Part shown: piece after piece, positions 60,801 to 64,000 of the stretch
Numbering within the stretch: position 1 is the first letter of the stretch
Layout of the letters: every line of letters begins with the position of its first letter
Assembly: GCA_964057225.1 (NCBI GenBank)
Contig: OZ059894.1
Location: 16,988,001-17,052,000, forward strand
Reading direction: 5' to 3'
DNA from: Auanema rhodensis
Lineage: Eukaryota; Animalia; Nematoda
DNA: 64,000 bases
Program-made: the position numbers and the translations under genes
The notes under the pieces: generated by a model
Database searches by the model: none
Seen by the model: only the letters and a program-made list of their open reading frames with translations
What the model was told of the DNA's origin: nothing

Positions 60801-62519
60801 AAGTATTTCTTGCATTACATATATCTAATGGTTTTCTATAGCCTTTTTTGCTTTTGGCGTTGCATAGTTATCTAGTTTCCTTTTTTTAACGCTTAATTCA
60901 TTTTTTTCTGCCTAACGTATCAACAGCTACTATAACCTTGTTTTATGAGAAAGATAGATAGAAAGAAATCTTATATCTATATATCCGAAGGCAGCTAATT
61001 TTGCTTAGCTTTTTTTCCTATGATGATGAGAGAACGCTTGATTAATACGATTTTCTCAAAACACAAGCATGATTGATGAAGCTTAAAAATAAAGTTTACC
61101 ACTCACACATAGCTGAAGAATTGCTCCAGGCACTGCAATTATTCTTAAATTCGAATGTTTTTGATTCATGTTCTTTGTGTTGTTTTAGACTATATAATTC
61201 CATCAACAATCGGAAACTAATAGTTTTATCGCGGTTTAAGTGTTACGCATAATGCTAGTTCTTGAACTGTGATGATTCCATGATAGACAAATTGCTTTTG
61301 GCCAATCATTTAAAACTTATATATCTATATACATATATATAGTTGATAGAAATGTATTATTAGATTGTAAATGTAATATACATATATGTATGTATAATTT
61401 TTCCACATCACTTTCTTATTTTCAATTTTTTTCTCGTCTTCTCTGAATTATATTCATAAACACGTCAGTTGGTTTGGCGATTAAAAAGCTTGTTAATGCC
61501 TTTAATCAACATCTCCAGGTTTATATTGACGAAGACAGCTATTTAATTACTTTTGCTTGTCAACCTATCCATTCCAAATGTATCATTTGAATTAAAACAT
61601 TGGCATTTGATGTGGCTTTTCTTTAGTTGACTCCAACTCATGGTCAGTGTACAAGTCAAGCCATAATGGCTTTCAGTTAATTCAGTCTTCATTCATCTTC
61701 TCTTTTTTTCAATGTTTTTTGTTCATCACTCCAGTTTTAGCTCCTTTTTGTTTCACCCCCTCCTTTTGCTCAAAAAAGCTGGAAAAGAGAGAATGAAAAG
61801 TGGCAAGACTCATAGAAAACAAAAAAGATCATCAGTAGCTTAAAGTTGAATATCAGGGCAGCCATGCGCAACTCATCCGGCGCGGGATCCTCATCTGTTA
61901 TACTTAGTCTTACTACTAGAATAGTTAACTTGGAAACCTCATATATCTCCAGTTCGGCTTTTGCATATTTTCTCATACGCTTCACCTGCCTTCTTTCATT
62001 AATGCTGTTCACCTGCTTGAAGGTATAACAAAAAATTTTCTAGTTATAAATATCTTATCATTAGGTTTTGTTACATTCGCTCTTTATTTTTATGTCTGCC
62101 ATTCTCATCCCTTTTTTCTTTGTCTGCCTCTCCTCTTATTTTCCCTCTCTCATCTCTTTCATCTTATTCTTATAGATTTATATCTTTGTAGGATTTATCT
62201 TATATTACCTTGTGAAGTAACTCCTTATAACTTGAACATGCTTGTATAGTATTGGTTTTGCCTGCACAAACAGCGTGAGATTCACATAGATTTTGTTCAA
62301 ATTTCGTATTCCAATCTAAATTTAACACAAATTTTCATTATATCTGCCGACATTTTATTCATATATATTTTTATTTATTCTTTGCTAACTAACAAATTTG
62401 TTTCGTCTGTATATGCGCCAATTATTTTAACTATATAATATAGATATCATGAATATCTATGAACTTATATTGTTATTGTTTCTTATTTTCCAGCATTTTT
62501 GCCTTTTATTTATGTTTTC

Positions 62520-62860
62520 TTTACAGTTGTCACTCTTATTTCAGCTTGCCTTCAATCTTCAATTCGTATAACGTTCAAACATAGAATAGCTCGTTTTTGA
62601 ATTCAAATTCCCTAAAGGTCGACTTTTACTCACGTTCGGCTTTTCAACTGTCTTGATGTGCTTTCCTACTTGTAATAGTAGTAGAAGACTATGTAGCTCT
62701 GTCCTTTGAAACTTGAGCTCATATTGTCTATTCGAAAAATGCGTTTCATGTCTATACAAGGAAAAAGGCAATGTGCCAGCATTAGCTTGATCATCTATCT
62801 TACATCATGAACATAATACTACATAACATATCATCTGCCCTATCTCCTTAAAGTTGTTAT
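62520..62860 (-). mobile_element. Decayed non-LTR RT fragment
   Basis: HSLLLLLQVGK...SKSRPLGNLNSKTSYSMFERY followed by QAEIR, resembling S.T.LL.K.G..NYRPI.LLS..YK.F.R...QAGFR. The minus ORF 61770-62012 (EDPAPDEL) may be related debris. Confidence 0.45.
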
Positions 62861-64000
62861 TTCTCTTCAAAACCTATACTCAATTGAACAAAAATGTTTA
62901 GCTTTTTTCATGCACATACTTTACTCTCTCTCTTGTCTATATCATCATTGTTGCTTTCAAGTCTGCTTTCCGTCTGCATCTCTTCCGACATCATTCTTTT
63001 ATCGTGTCGCATGTTTCATATTTTACTTTCAAAAACATCTTAACCCAATTTTTTGTATATTTTTATTTCAGTAAATCCTCCTACTTTTTGCTTTTACTTC
63101 ATATTACTGCCATATGACTCTTTTTTTTCTATTAGAAGTGTGAACGAGCGGAAGCAATAAGTTATAAATGCTTTCTCCTTAAAACATAGATTCTTCTAAA
63201 TTATTGAGATTATAAGATGATACAGAAAAATAGATGTTATACACAGAAAATATATTTTTGGAATTTAATTTATGAGAAATGTATTAAAAGCGAAATTGTT
63301 TCCGTATTTTTTGCTATAATTATGAATTTCTATTCAACAAACATACTCGTTCAGGTTTTGTTTAGACAGAAGGTAAGCGAGTGCTTGACTTGAGCTTATC
63401 TGATTCAATTACAAAACAAACTCTGTTTGAATTGAACATATATATATATATATATATTCATGGACGGAGTTATTTCAATAGATCTACAGCATTATTATTG
63501 TTGAAAAATCCTTGAATCCTTGTCATCATTTGTTTAAATATGTTTTGCCTGTTACTCACAAAATAGTTCCTTTATGGTATTTGCTATTTATTTATCGCGT
63601 ACTTTGCGCATTAATCAGTCTCAAGGAAGTCGTAGGGTTTCAGCCCATACTGGCCATTACTCTTGTAGAAACATATGCAGTGTAATTGATTACATTCAAC
63701 TTCAGTAGATAAATGATTTTTTTTTGAATTTTTGCTGTAGCCATTCAAGTCGAGCTTAACCAAATATATAGCTTAGTTAAGCGTGCATCATTGAAGCTGC
63801 ATTTCATTTGAAATCGGAGGTAGCTTCAACCAATTCCAACTAGTTTCTCTGTGCTTTTTACTTCCTATCTCTCTTTTTTTGCGGTTTTAGATGAGAAATT
63901 CTTTTAAATTTAGAAGAATTTAATCGTTTTGCTCTGAAGCAGATAAACCGTCCAGCAAGTGACTCTGTTTAACAATTAAGACAATATGAACTTCCACGTT

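Noticed and set aside
63340-63440. Weak hairpins and a possible micro-exon before GTAAGC
   Set aside because: The pairing is AT-rich, and the downstream exon needed to test phase lies outside the window.

Overview
This is AT-rich eukaryotic DNA from a rhabditid-type nematode, with many ~40-55 nt introns and TTTCAG-type acceptors just upstream of some ATGs that suggest trans-splicing. The ORF track shows only exon fragments, so I assembled the genes by hand from splice signals. Left to right: decayed non-LTR retrotransposon debris (1-4.5 kb); two multi-pass membrane genes; a secreted poly-Q protein; a BEL/Pao gag remnant; a patched-related gene; a Tyr-rich secreted micro-protein; mrps-35; a small unknown gene with a uORF-rich leader behind reps-1; a PLD3-type phospholipase D; an atypical pepsin-family protease; three small secreted peptide genes (two of them Gly/Tyr-rich and NLP/caenacin-like); a Cys-domain/mucin protein; cyp-42A1; the STE20 kinase gck-1; a divergent GGT-like gene; a Ly6/uPAR protein; and the 5' exons of a large gene running off the window. 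The most striking feature is in gck-1, which has two frame-enforced mutually exclusive exons that swap the whole catalytic-loop/DFG/activation-loop segment. Also notable are very frequent AAG/GAG 3' splice sites, several GC-AG introns, a pepsin homologue with DTT at both catalytic motifs plus a Thr-rich repeat insertion, and the peptide cluster. I recognised no tRNA, rRNA, SL RNA or CRISPR element.
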